Assembly: GCA_965649765.1 (NCBI GenBank)
Contig: OZ287751.1
Location: 16,244,001-16,308,000 of the forward strand
Source: Bispira polyomma
Taxonomy: Eukaryota
Direction of reading: 5' to 3'
Length of the DNA stretch: 64,000 nt
Shown one piece after another: positions 52,259-64,000 of the stretch. The notes beneath the pieces were generated by a model that had not been told where the DNA came from, searched no databases, and was given only the letters and a program-made list of their open reading frames with translations. Position numbers and translations under genes: made by a program. How positions within the stretch are numbered: the stretch's first letter is position 1; every line of letters starts with the position of its first letter.

Positions 52259-53799
52259 TAAATAAAGAAAAAAAAAATTTAACCAATTCAAATCATTGCT
52301 TGTGTGATGTTTACTCAGGCAATAAATTGTATTTACCCAACTGTTTCATTACATTTTCGCTCATTTTCTGCAATTCATTTGATGGATACCGAAGTGTTAC
52401 CCCACCTTTGAGTGAAGTGAACTTATTGTACTCTGTATACTTCTACTGCCAATATCTTTTGAACACCATATTTGTACATTTTATTTCTGTTCTTTTTCTA
52501 ACAACTGTTTGTTTAAAACAGCCTCACAACACATTTGTCCCTGGACTGTTAAATACCCATGTTAATTCAAGTCTTCACTTAAACCATCTTTTGTGCAGCC
52601 AGGTAGCTGTTATTTTCTGAGTCTTAACAATGCAAGCAATGGCAGCCCTGCTATGCTATATTCGGATATGGTTGTTAAGACTTTCTTGTTTTGAGTGGTT
52701 GACAGTTTATATAGTGGAAGAGCATGGTAACCGTTTGTCGACAGGGTAATCTCGTGTAATCTGTTGGGAGTTGTGCTCTTATATTTGAATTATATACACT
52801 ATCTGGTCTATATGGTTCAAAATAAATTTGGGTTGAATATATAGAATGTAGTAGAAGTTATTCAAGTTTTCACATACTTTTTAATGAGATTCTACGTCAT
52901 CTTTTGTATCATCCCACGGCCTTACTTTCTAAATATGTACTTCATAGCTGTAAAATTATTTCCTTTCATACTTTAGTAACAACATAAGTGGCCATGATTT
53001 CTATTGGCTGATGTTTGTTCGTAAAACGTTAATCAAAGATGTAAACAAGATGGTGACTGACCTAATTTTAGCTTAGGTGAGACAGAATTGGCCGAAAATC
53101 TGGGGTCTTCTTCAATTCGCATTCGTAGTTGCACAAGTATGTGCGCAGTAGGTCTGTAGGATTTCTGGTTTCAAAAAGATCACATTGTATAAAAACGACG
53201 AATATGGGAGTATGACAAATAGAAAATGAAAACTAAAATAATTTGTACCATAAAGAAATTTGTATAATATAATACTTAAATAGTCACAAATGGTTTTAAT
53301 TTGTTTCTTCTTTTTCACAGATTTCTAAGTATATATATTGTGTACTTCGTTGGTTTGTACTTGGCTGAAAATTTGAGGATTTCCCAGCAATATATAACCA
53401 TGCCTCGAAAACGTAGCAAGTTTGAGGATTTTTTTTAAAATGGACAAATAGAAGCAGGTACCCTTTATTTGTTTAATATTGAATTTTATAAAAAATAAAG
53501 CCGTGAGCGATAATAGAAATTATTGTAGACCAATTTTTCTGTCCCCGACAATGCTTTGATTTCGGTACCCCTTTGCTTTTACTGGTCGTTCACTATTTTC
53601 GGCCCTTTTTTTATCAGACGTTTCGCCCATGTGTTGTAAACACATTCAGATGGCTACGAAGCTGTACAAAACATCCATCTTCGTCTGTCCCAAATCAGAG
53701 CTCATCACCTAATTATGCGACCAATAGGTCGCACTTCTCAACTTGTTATGAAATTGTATCTCTGTATCCGTATATACGTAGCATATTAGGGGCATCGCA

Positions 53800-54090
53800 T
53801 GATTTTTTTACGTTTATACTCCAATACTGATACAGATTCATGTATGACATGGTGTAAGTACGTAAGTGGTCAAACTTGTCTATTTTCAAAAGGTTTAAGT
53901 CTTGCAATTGTAACAAAGATAGTTTGAAGAAATGGTAAAATATATGTAATATCATCTTGCTGAGTTTTATTTTCTAATTCTGTGTAATAGCGATAGGACA
54001 AGGCTGTTTAACACACAAGCCAGGATCAATCATCTTCTTTGTGTCTATTTATAGGTTGCAATTTTAGGTGTGTTTACTAATGTCCTGGTC
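53800..54090 (+). repeat. Unclassified dispersed repeat; second copy at about 59790-59890 plus 60340-60480
   Basis: TGTAAGTACRTAAGTGGTCAMACTT and TTCTAATTCTGTGTAATAG...TTTAACACACAAG blocks are shared. Confidence 0.8.
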
Positions 54091-54371
54091 ACACCTTTCC
54101 CTTCTGTGATCGTCTTGTTACGTTGTGCAACAGATGATATCGTTCCGGAAACGTCTCCGTTTGGTCTGCTGCCATGATTGTTTCAAACTGTTTGAAACAA
54201 TTGTGGCAGAGCTCTCCATTTCTCTACATTCTCGAGAATGTGGTAGTAAGTAGCACGACGTAGCAGTAAGTAGCTGTTTCCTAGTAGTACGCAGTGATAA
54301 GGGTGATCTTGTAGGACCCAACGATTCAACTGCAATAACCGGTGCCCTAGGGGGTCCATCCTCTCCGATCG

Positions 54372-54712
54372 CAAAGATCAGTCTGGATGACCTCCCAGAT
54401 GTAAAGTTCAGTCTGGTTGACCTTCTTGATGGTAAAGATCAGTCTTTATGACCGCCCCAGCTGTAGAGATCAGTCTAGGTAACCTCCTCGATTGTAAAGT
54501 TCAGTCTGGGTGGCACTCTGTTTGACTGGTCTCTGTTTGTCTTGGCTTTTGGGTATAAAAGGTCAGTTTTTTCCATGTTCCAGACAGTTGAATTTTTTCC
54601 CAAACAGCAATCTTTACAATCGGGTAAGCCACCCAGGTTGATCTTAACAATCGGGAAAGCCACCCAGGTTGATCCTAACAATCGGGAAAGCCACCCAGGT
54701 TAATCTTTACAA
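54372..54712. repeat. Inverted pair of ~31-bp tandem arrays (foldback-like)
   Basis: About 5 units TGTAAAGWTCAGTCTGG... forward (54372-54515); about 3 units GCCACCCAGGTTGATCTTTACAATCGGG reverse (54610-54712). Confidence 0.8.
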
Positions 54713-56053
54713 CAATGAGGATTCCAACACTATTGTGAATACAAAACACAGTTTCTTACCGTTAGCCTTGTCCATTAAAGATACATGATCAGGAAGTTAT
54801 ATGTAAGAAACTACAAGAGGTTGTGAAAACATGTGGACCTTTTATTTTGCACTGTGTTGTGAAAGCTCGTTGAGCAAAGTTTGAGCACAACACCATATGT
54901 AATGACTTTGAGCAGATCCATTATGTTTAATGTATACAAACGATATAATTTGCAGCTGGTGCTTGATGGACTACTTACTTTATGCAGATACAACAGGCTA
55001 TATCCCAGAAACTGTCAGATGTACAGTGATTTAAAGTAAATTAAAAACTACTTCTGTGTTATAACACAGAATATGCCAGAAGGCTTTTACCAGAAGGGGA
55101 GTACTAACTACAAAAAATGAGGCTACCCCCAAGGAGGATTACCGAGAATCATTGATGTGTATTAGGAAACCCACCAGACCAAGTCTGGTGATCCCCAAAC
55201 ACATCAGGGCCAGGCTTGTGATACCAGACAATCTCAAGCAGGATAATCCAACAAACACCAATTGAATAAATACACAATAAACAATCATTTGTATTTTATT
55301 TTTTAGAAAAAGAAGTCAAAGACAGTCTATATAAAATGAAATTATTTTATATACACCCATAAAATACATTATATACAATTAGTATAATTATTCTTTGAAA
55401 TAAAAACCTGTATAAATCTAACAGTGTTTATAATTTACCTTAGTATATATATCTATATATACAAATAAATAACTAGTCACACTATACATATTCACCAGGT
55501 TAAAAATACACTTTAACCTAGATATATGTACAATTATGTGTACATCTATTTAGTTACCCAAATTGCTGTATTATCATATGGACTGTAAGGGACCCCCCCA
55601 AATAAAGGGGACCACTTACCTATATCTTTACAAAAATAAAATAAAAATATATTTCCATGAATAACAGAACTTTTTTTACCTGTGTCTATTATAATGTCTG
55701 TAAGGGGTGTAAATAACACCAGGACTCCCACTTCAACAATAGACTACATTTTCAGGTAACACTTGTAACCAGAAGTGAACATATATTCCATTGATACCCA
55801 ACCTTCCTAAGTCATTAGGAGGCAATAGGTCTGAATGCAATGTGAATCAAATATGGAATATCATCCCAAAAATATTTAAAATCATTAAAATCGATTTTAA
55901 TGAATACAAAAACTGACTTACCTACTAAAGTAAAATTTCACCAAAACAATTTTTCAGGTGTAAAACCGGTGCATACACCAGGTGCAATAAACCGGTGCAA
56001 TTGCACCCCTTAAAAGGTACTTCAGGGGATAAGTTACCACTAATCTCCAGCCT

Positions 56054-56096
56054 CTGATGAGAAAGTTAAAATCACTTTCGAAATACAAGTTGTATT
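56054..56096 (+). ncRNA. Degenerate type I hammerhead ribozyme core (candidate)
   Basis: CTGATGA, GAAAGT/ACTTTC helix II, GAAA, TACA/TGTA helix III, TT; helix I 3' strand not found. Confidence 0.4.
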
Positions 56097-57827
56097 AATA
56101 AAATATAACAGTATCAGGCCAACACATAGTATACAGAGAGAACTATCTTGCCTGTGACTATCTACACTTCACTTATTTTTCTGTTATTTCACAATGAGTG
56201 TGGCCTCAGAAAGTGTAAGTCACAGTACCCTGTTAACAGCCGTCTCCAAGATGGACCTACAGTCTGAAATCAAGGACATTAGAGCTTCTGATACACCAAT
56301 GCCTAAAGACAAATTATCTGATGAAACTCTGGATCTCCTGATGGCAGCCAGCAACAAACTGACCAGCCAGTTCACTGCACAAGACTTGGCAAGTGTACCT
56401 ATTGTCTTCTGATCAAAAATAAGACAGAAGTAATAAAAAAATATCCATTGAAAGGATATTTATCACTGATCTCCCCAAACATGTTACTTGTGAACTAAGT
56501 GACATAGTATACTTAATCACATGTAGCAAGTGTGATAAGTACTATGTTGGAGAAACAGGACACCCATTTAGGGCTAAGATTTATGAACACAGACTATCTG
56601 TCTCCAAACCAAAGGATAACAGAATCACCCCTGTGTCTAGACATTTTACTAGTAAGGGACATTCTATAAAAAATATGCAATTCTCTATATTGGAATGGTG
56701 CTCCCTAAAATATAACACTGCCAAATCTGATCATAGAAAAATGAGAGAGAAATGGTGGATGTGGAAAATTGGGGCTATCCATCCAGTCGGAATTAACCAT
56801 TTTATTTAACTGGTGAGCCCATTTTGTCATTCTTTCACACTCAGAATGCACCCATGTATTATTATACTTCTGTGTTATATGCAGAGAATATGTGTCGTGG
56901 ACCCAAGGGTGGAATTTATAAAAGGTCTTAAGTCTTAATTTGTCTTAAATCTTAGATTTTGTATCAAATCTCAGATTTTTTTGTAAGACTTAAGACAAAA
57001 GTTTTGCTTAGTTAAAATTGGATTCACAGAAGGTCCTAGACAATCTTTAGACTCAAATTTTGTTCTAAGTTTAAGACTTCTACGTAGTAAGTTTTGTAAA
57101 AAAATTTAATGGCTGCCTGCAGGGTTCTAAGGGAGTATTTGTTTTGTAGAAGGGTATTGTGCAGGGAAAGCGTTTTCTGAGACACGTTAAATGTTTTTAA
57201 ATATCTCTCAGATGCGGAAATAGTTATAAAATACCGTATTGTACAATTTTTATGGGTGTATATGGTAAAAAAGTGGGAAACACCAACCTGTAATACTTGT
57301 ATCACAGTGACTTTTATGAATTATCAGTGTATCAGAATAATTACAACAGAGTAATAGGTTTTGGACAGGTAACGAATGATGGGTTGTGATTGGTATTGGG
57401 TTGATGGAGAGAAAAATGAACAGTGGTAACTATACTAGACTGTAACTATACCTGTATGAGTTTAAGGTAGGGCAGAATAACTTAATAGAATGGGCTGAAA
57501 TTGCAGTCTCCTGAAGAGGTCCTGCTGTTCGCAGTCTCAGCTCCTGGTCCAGGATAGCACGTTATGTATGGTACTGTTTCACCATCAAGACTAGTCAGGA
57601 GAGAGGCCGATTGAAATATCTTGGTAACTTGGGAGGCATTCTTGACGAAAAGGGTGGAAAAATTTGCATAAATTTAAATGCAAAGATTAAAAAGATAAGT
57701 TGGGAGAGAGATAAGTCTTAAACTTAAAAGGATAAGTCTTAACCTTAAAAGGATAAGTCTTAACTCCACCACGACCTCATAGAGATAAGTCTGCCAGCCC
57801 TCCTGAGTGGTGACTCCTTTATGTGGT

Positions 57828-57994
57828 GCTGTTCCACTATCAAGAATATAATCGGGAGGGGCCGCGATTATATAATCCTGACCAATCCTTGGCATTTTCT
57901 CACGACTTTTAAAAAATAGGCGGGAAAATTTGCATATGAAGATTGAAAAGATAAGTCTGGAGGGCTGGGGGAATGATCGGCATAGTGGAACAGC
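57828..57994. mobile_element. Small Harbinger-derived MITE-like unit
   Basis: 13-bp perfect IR GCTGTTCCACTAT (57828-57840) / ATAGTGGAACAGC (57982-57994), same TIR as 51102-51128. Confidence 0.7.
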
Positions 57995-58114
57995 GGTATT
58001 CTAATTTTGGTCAATTTTTCCTGCGATTTTGGTCCTTGGAGTGTCTGATTCAAAAGTCTTTTTATCTCAGTATAAGTCATTGGAGCAAAAGATTGGTCCT
58101 TTGAAGGCTACAAT

Positions 58115-58295
58115 TGGGCCCGAGTGACTATGAGATATTGGTCAATGGTCACCCACTCACAAAGGTTTCCAAACATGTTTGAAAACCTTGACGAGTGTCC
58201 CGAGTACCAAAGATAAGTCATCCTACCTTCACGACCTCCACGATTATGGCCCCAAATTCTTTTCGGCTTCGATTGGCATAGTGGAACAGGGATAT
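58115..58295 (+). mobile_element. Harbinger right-end fragment related to 50925-51128
   Basis: CCCGAGTGAC...TACCAAAGATAAGTC...CGATTATG...GGCATAGTGGAACAGGG colinear with the 51-kb end; followed by TAA. Confidence 0.8.
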
Positions 58296-61200
58296 TAAAC
58301 ATTTTTGTCAATGAAAGATTAATTTGTTGAACACACAAGTTGGGGAAAGATTATGGTTTCAGAATTCTACTTAATAACTAAGTTACTACCAAATATATTT
58401 ACAGTCTAAGTTTTATCTCTAAAATGACTATGAATTTAGTTTAAGGTTAATCAATATTGAGTATGTTCTGAATATATTAATATGATAAATGAGTACGTTA
58501 TGTAGTATGTGTGTTATGTAAGTTGGCCTTCTGCACTAGAAATAGTAGAATTCTATTTAAATGATGTTTACTGTAAAGTTGTCCATTACAATGTGTATTT
58601 TTGCTGCACAATGAAATCTATCAGACCACCAACGTAAATAGATCAATGTAATCGTTACAAACTATAAGAAAGAAATGAGAAAATGTAAACTGCTAAATAA
58701 AATTGTGTTTCATATAATTACATGGCGTCTTAAATATTGGTACATGTAGTCTGTCTGCCAGATAGAGCGGACTAAGCTATAAAACAGAAAACTGTACAGT
58801 ATAAAGTAACATAAATGTTGTCATGGTCAACGTGACTGTATTGTAAACAGTAGATGCTTAGTTTGTTTTTTAACTTAAGTTAAAACATAACAGTGAGTAA
58901 CGAATAATAGTAAAAATGGTTTTATTGACAAGAACTATTTTTCGTAAATGTATAATAAACAATGCAAAAGATTATTTTTATCAGACCATAATTTACAGTC
59001 AAACAGTAAAATACTAGTTTTTGCATTTGAAAAAAAAAAATAAATAAAAGTATTGAACATTTATTGAAAATTATTTCTCCTTGTTTATTTTTTTATCAAT
59101 TTAGACCCATATTACCCAACAGTTTAATTTTTCAGGTAAAGGCTTTGTACAATATATTGTGAACTCTAGGAATGAAAGACAATCATTAATATATGTGGTC
59201 TATCCTTCATTCACTTTAACATGTTAGTATAAAATATCATTCGTTAACTTTTATTGTATACATGTTATAACCAGGTGACAATAAATAATAAAAAATACTA
59301 AGTAAATTAACTATTATCTCAGCCCTACAGCAAAAGAGATAGGAATGGAAACGTGCGCACATGTTGTTTTTCTTCATATCTTTGACCTTTCTTGACTCTG
59401 AACCCAAATTGGTGGCTATTTTTCATTTGGTTGACAAGGCACCATTCCACTTGTATAATCATTATTTGGTAGGATGTGTGATCACTGAACTTCCATACGT
59501 TATTTTTGTAATTATAGAGTTGAGCTCAAAAAATTTCCATACTTGCGTTTACGTAGACGTAGTCGTATGTTAACACAACTTGAACAATCTCACCAGATAC
59601 ATACATTATATGAGGACCATATAAAAAGTGTGTTGACGTCACACAATAGAAATGTTTTGATGTAAGCGCTGCATACGAGGAAAAAAGCCACTCTGTAGCT
59701 TTAATGCTACGTGTAGGTTTAGTGCTACATTTGTAAGAAAAAGTTATCTCTGTAACCATATCTACGTCACTATTTTAAGAACATCATGTTATTTTGTTTA
59801 CGCCTATAATCATATACTCTTACGGATTTGGGTACAACATGTAAGTACATAAGTGGTCACACTTATCTGTTTTATGAATGTTTAGGTCATATAAAACCCA
59901 AAACTCACCTTACGTTTGCGCTTGCGTCTGCACTAGCGATTTTACTTGTGTTTACGATATTAGAAAACTAAAAAAATGCATTTTTATCTACGTTTCATTT
60001 CTGAGTTTGCCTTGCGTTATTGATATTTTAGACTGCCATGCTTTTTAGATTACAGATATGCATTGTGTTGTGAAAAAAGCCCCAGGCAGCTTCTATCGTA
60101 GCGCAAGGCATAATGCAGCATCTAATCTAATCTAATCTAGTCGTACTTTTATAGCGCTTAATCTTTGTACAACAAATTCTAAGGCGCAACAAACCCAAAA
60201 TGTTAATTGAAAATCAAAAATAGTTTGCGGATGGAAGTCCTAGCACATAGCACATGGCAAGGCTAGGTGAGTTTTAGGCCTAATTCTAACAAAGATTGTG
60301 CAATTGGTGGTAGTAGCAAATATTCAAACAAAAATTATGGAAATGGTAAAATATAGAGTTTTAATTTCTAATTCTGTGTAATAGAAATACGAGAGGCTTG
60401 TTTAACACACAAGGCAAGGTCAATCATCTGCTTTGTGTCTCTTTATAGGTCGTAATTTTAGCTGTGTGAACTAATGTACCACAAAAACTCTACTTCTATG
60501 ACATCTGACTTATCTCTACAAGCGTATATATTACGGTTACGTTTGCTTAGTGATAAGTGATTAGAAAACATAGCACTAAACCTCTCTATTTTTTATGTAA
60601 AGCAAGGTCATTTACGTAATGTAAGCAGTGAGTTTATTTGCTATAATTTACTTTAAAACCTTATTATATCCATATGCAAATTTGAGTTTTGAGCTTTATC
60701 TATCCATCCTTCCTCGTGATTAATCTTGATCAACTAGTATGCACTGCTTTCTGCCACCAGTAAACCTGCCCATCGCTATGACTGGGGATTTAGCCTTCAT
60801 TTATAAAAATATCACACATTCAAATCTCTGAATTAACTGTTTGTCCAGGGATTACAAGCTTTCAAAACTTGGTGAATCTACAATAAAATTTCTGAGGTCC
60901 TGGTTCTGGAGAAACTTCTGGAAGTGTGCACAAACAGTTTTTTGGTGTTTGCTAAATGTTTTTGAGCATTACAAAGACTTTTTTGGGGTTTTGTAATGTG
61001 TTTTTTAAGTTATTCTCTGTTGACTTTCAGTGTGTTTGAGAATAGCTCCATGATAGGCACCTTACTCAATGTATTTTCTTGTTTCAATATTTGCAGAAAC
61101 GTGAATCTTAATCATTAGGAAAAAATCTTCTTTGTCGCTCTCTTCTGGGATGTCACCTTTCTCGAATTTATTAGGTTTTTATAGTGTGACTATCCGATTT

Positions 61201-64000
61201 AAAACAAAACAGGAGAGCTGATTTGTTCTGATCAAAAACTTGACAAAAGGGGTCTATATATTCCGGTTTGAAAGAAGCACTGAAAGAAATACTGTAGGCT
61301 TGTAGGCTTTACAAACTAGTAAAGCCATATTATACTTTGTCATACTACTACAAATTGTTTTACCTTATAGAAATACACCTTTTCCAGTGGACCAGAACAG
61401 CCCACATGAATAAAGAGTTTGTAGAACCTGACTTATATATGGGGGAGGAATCACTGACCAAATAATTTTGTTATTTCTCACCCATTCTACAATATTCGTA
61501 TTAAATTTATAGCTAGTCCATTTTTGGAGAATTAGCCACTTGTACCAGGAGTTACATCTTGCAGAAATCCAGACCTGTAAATATTTTTAACATTGATCAT
61601 CTTAACTGAAGTAGTAAAAAGATATGAAACTAAGTACTATTCAATATAAAAAATATCAAAAGTGGTCTCTTTCCTCCTTCAAAAAAATGATACACACATA
61701 ATCTATAGTTAATAGAAACCCAAATGAAAATTTTACATGAGACATTGTCAACATCAATAATAGTTAGATACAGTTGAGTAAGATTTTGTTGCCAATTGAT
61801 TAGGGAGGGATTGGGCAAACCAATGAGATAGCTAGCATTAGAAAATGGGGTTCACAGACCGCACAACAGGTAGAAATTTAAATTATATGCCACACAAAAG
61901 AACTAAAGTAAAAAAGAATTGAGGTGTACTAAAGTGCAGTGACCCTTTGGGCGACAGCAGCATGAAATAGTTACAGTACAAATAAAACCAATAGAATGAA
62001 ATAAAATTAATGTAATTTCTTTAGCATGTTAAATGTATTTCTTTGTTGCTTTCATTGAAATGATTTTCGTGCCGATATACATAAGTCTGACATTTTTATA
62101 GCTGTCATTTAACAATCAATACCTAGTAACGTCATCATATTTGTCTCTGTTATGACTTGTAAAAGATCCCATTCGTCAAGGAACTTAAAGATGTTGTTTA
62201 AAAAAGTAACATACTTTAAAAGCAACAGAAACCATGTATAAGTGTCTTAGCAAAAACATAACACTCATTTTTCAATGTCTCAGAAGCCAATAAACCTAGT
62301 CAGTTCAGTAATAAATTTGACTGCAAAAGAAATGAGATCTGTTGCAAGATATATAGATTTTTTAAGTGATATTAATGAGAAAGCATCAACCCACATGATA
62401 GTGAGAAAGTGAGGAGACCTAGTTCTTTAAGGCAGTTCATTACCCCATCTCACCGGCACATGTAATAACAGGGACATTGTCTCAAAAGCTTCACAGTCAA
62501 GTGGTTTCATACTTTGCTGTTTACAAGTGAGAACTTCTAATTGAAAGCCAAACAGGATAAGTCAGAGTATATCTAAACAGGTGTACACGCCTGTATAACC
62601 TCTCTGTTACCATGCATCTGGCCCTGTTCTGCATGGTCTGGCTTTGTGGTAAGTATTGAAATTATTTATTTTGCATACACTTGGTTTTAAGAGGACAAAC
62701 AATAAAAACAGTTAATAAAGAAACTCCAAATTAACACCTTTATGCCAAAAATTAGATCATAGTAATAATAAACATTTTTAAAATTAAAACGGTAACAAAA
62801 AAAAAATCTACTTATAATAAGTTTATTCCAGAAAACAATGTTGTCTTTCTAGCCATAATATATACATATAAAAGTTTTTAATATAAACAAGCCATGTCAT
62901 TTATGTTAACCATCAGAAGTATGTGGGGATAGCCTCTTGTAAGTATTCTTACTTTAGCTATCTCATTTTCAATAAAATTATATGTCAGTATATTATAAAT
63001 AAAAAAAGAAATCGTTACAGAAGAAAGGATAAATATTTACCTAATAAATATAATTACCTCAATTAAAATGTAAATTTTTATACTATATTAAGTAACTTGT
63101 ATTGTAACATGATATCGTGACATCGTTATTTCTTTTTCCCATTGTACAAATTGTGTACTGTATACATAACTATATATAGAATTGATAAAAAAATATTATT
63201 AACCACACAAAATCTGTTGCATTCAATATTATCTAGACGTGGTAGATAAGTATATTAAATATTTTAGTATTGTATGGATTAGTTATAACAGTAATGTGAG
63301 CCACCTCCATTGATAGTTTTGTTTCTATAATTTCCATAATATACCACCTACTCTTGATTACCTTATGTATAAATTTTGTAAATAGCTGGAAATAGTTACT
63401 TGCGATTACACAAAATAGTGTAAGGTATTATATGTAAATCTAGATGAACCTCTAAAATGTTGTGATATTTCACTGGACACCTTGTCTTTCAAATGGACTT
63501 TAAACATACGAGAATATTAGAAACAGGACTAGTAAGGGCTATAAGTTGTTCACTAATGTCAATATAAGCTCAGAGTTTCATATCATTCCAATAAATCTCA
63601 TAGAAGTTGTATGTAGAAAATTTGTATCGAACCCCATTCTTTATCATAATTTCATATTTATTATATTATAAAGTAATACCAACAACATAAATCTTCAATT
63701 ATGACACACGTAAAATTTGTATACTACATGTCAAAATTATTTGATCGAAATGGTTAGACAATGGATAAACATATGAAAACTAGGATATGAAAGACATTGC
63801 TAGAACAAAATAATTAAAGCAAAGAAGTGTTACACTTCAAAAGATTAGAGACAGATAATTTGATCCTACTACCTCAGAAAAAAGAGAGCATTTAACACTA
63901 GACGGTTTGCTATGAGCAAGTAACAAAGTGGTGTTTTGTACAGCTAACATGACTTTTCAAAATACATTGAGAAAAGACTTAAACAATGTAACAGAATGAG

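Overview
AT-rich eukaryotic (metazoan invertebrate, probably lophotrochozoan; inferred from TE and gene types) genomic DNA dominated by transposable elements. There are two host genes. One is a rhodopsin-class neuropeptide-type GPCR whose 7TM core lies in one exon (+, about 36035-37289). The other is a 4-exon core-1 beta-1,3-galactosyltransferase (C1GALT1/T-synthase)-like gene (-, 52016-42666, 319 aa, splice phases checked by hand). A near full-length tyrosine-recombinase (DIRS/Ngaro-type) retrotransposon lies at about 23.56-28.75 kb (-). Its sequence suggests one transcript expressed three ways: Gag; Pol continuing in frame after the gag UAG; and a spliced Gag-N/recombinase fusion using a phase-matched donor and acceptor. 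Its 5' end shares a motif plus hairpin with a second, divergent gag remnant at 1.0-1.6 kb. C1GALT1 intron 1 holds a triple nest (Harbinger > Gypsy pol fragment > SINE). Also present: five copies of a tRNA-derived SINE (four with TSDs), L2/RTE fragments, Harbinger MITEs, an inverted-array foldback structure and a degenerate hammerhead-ribozyme core. All family assignments come from motif recognition by eye; no database searches were run.
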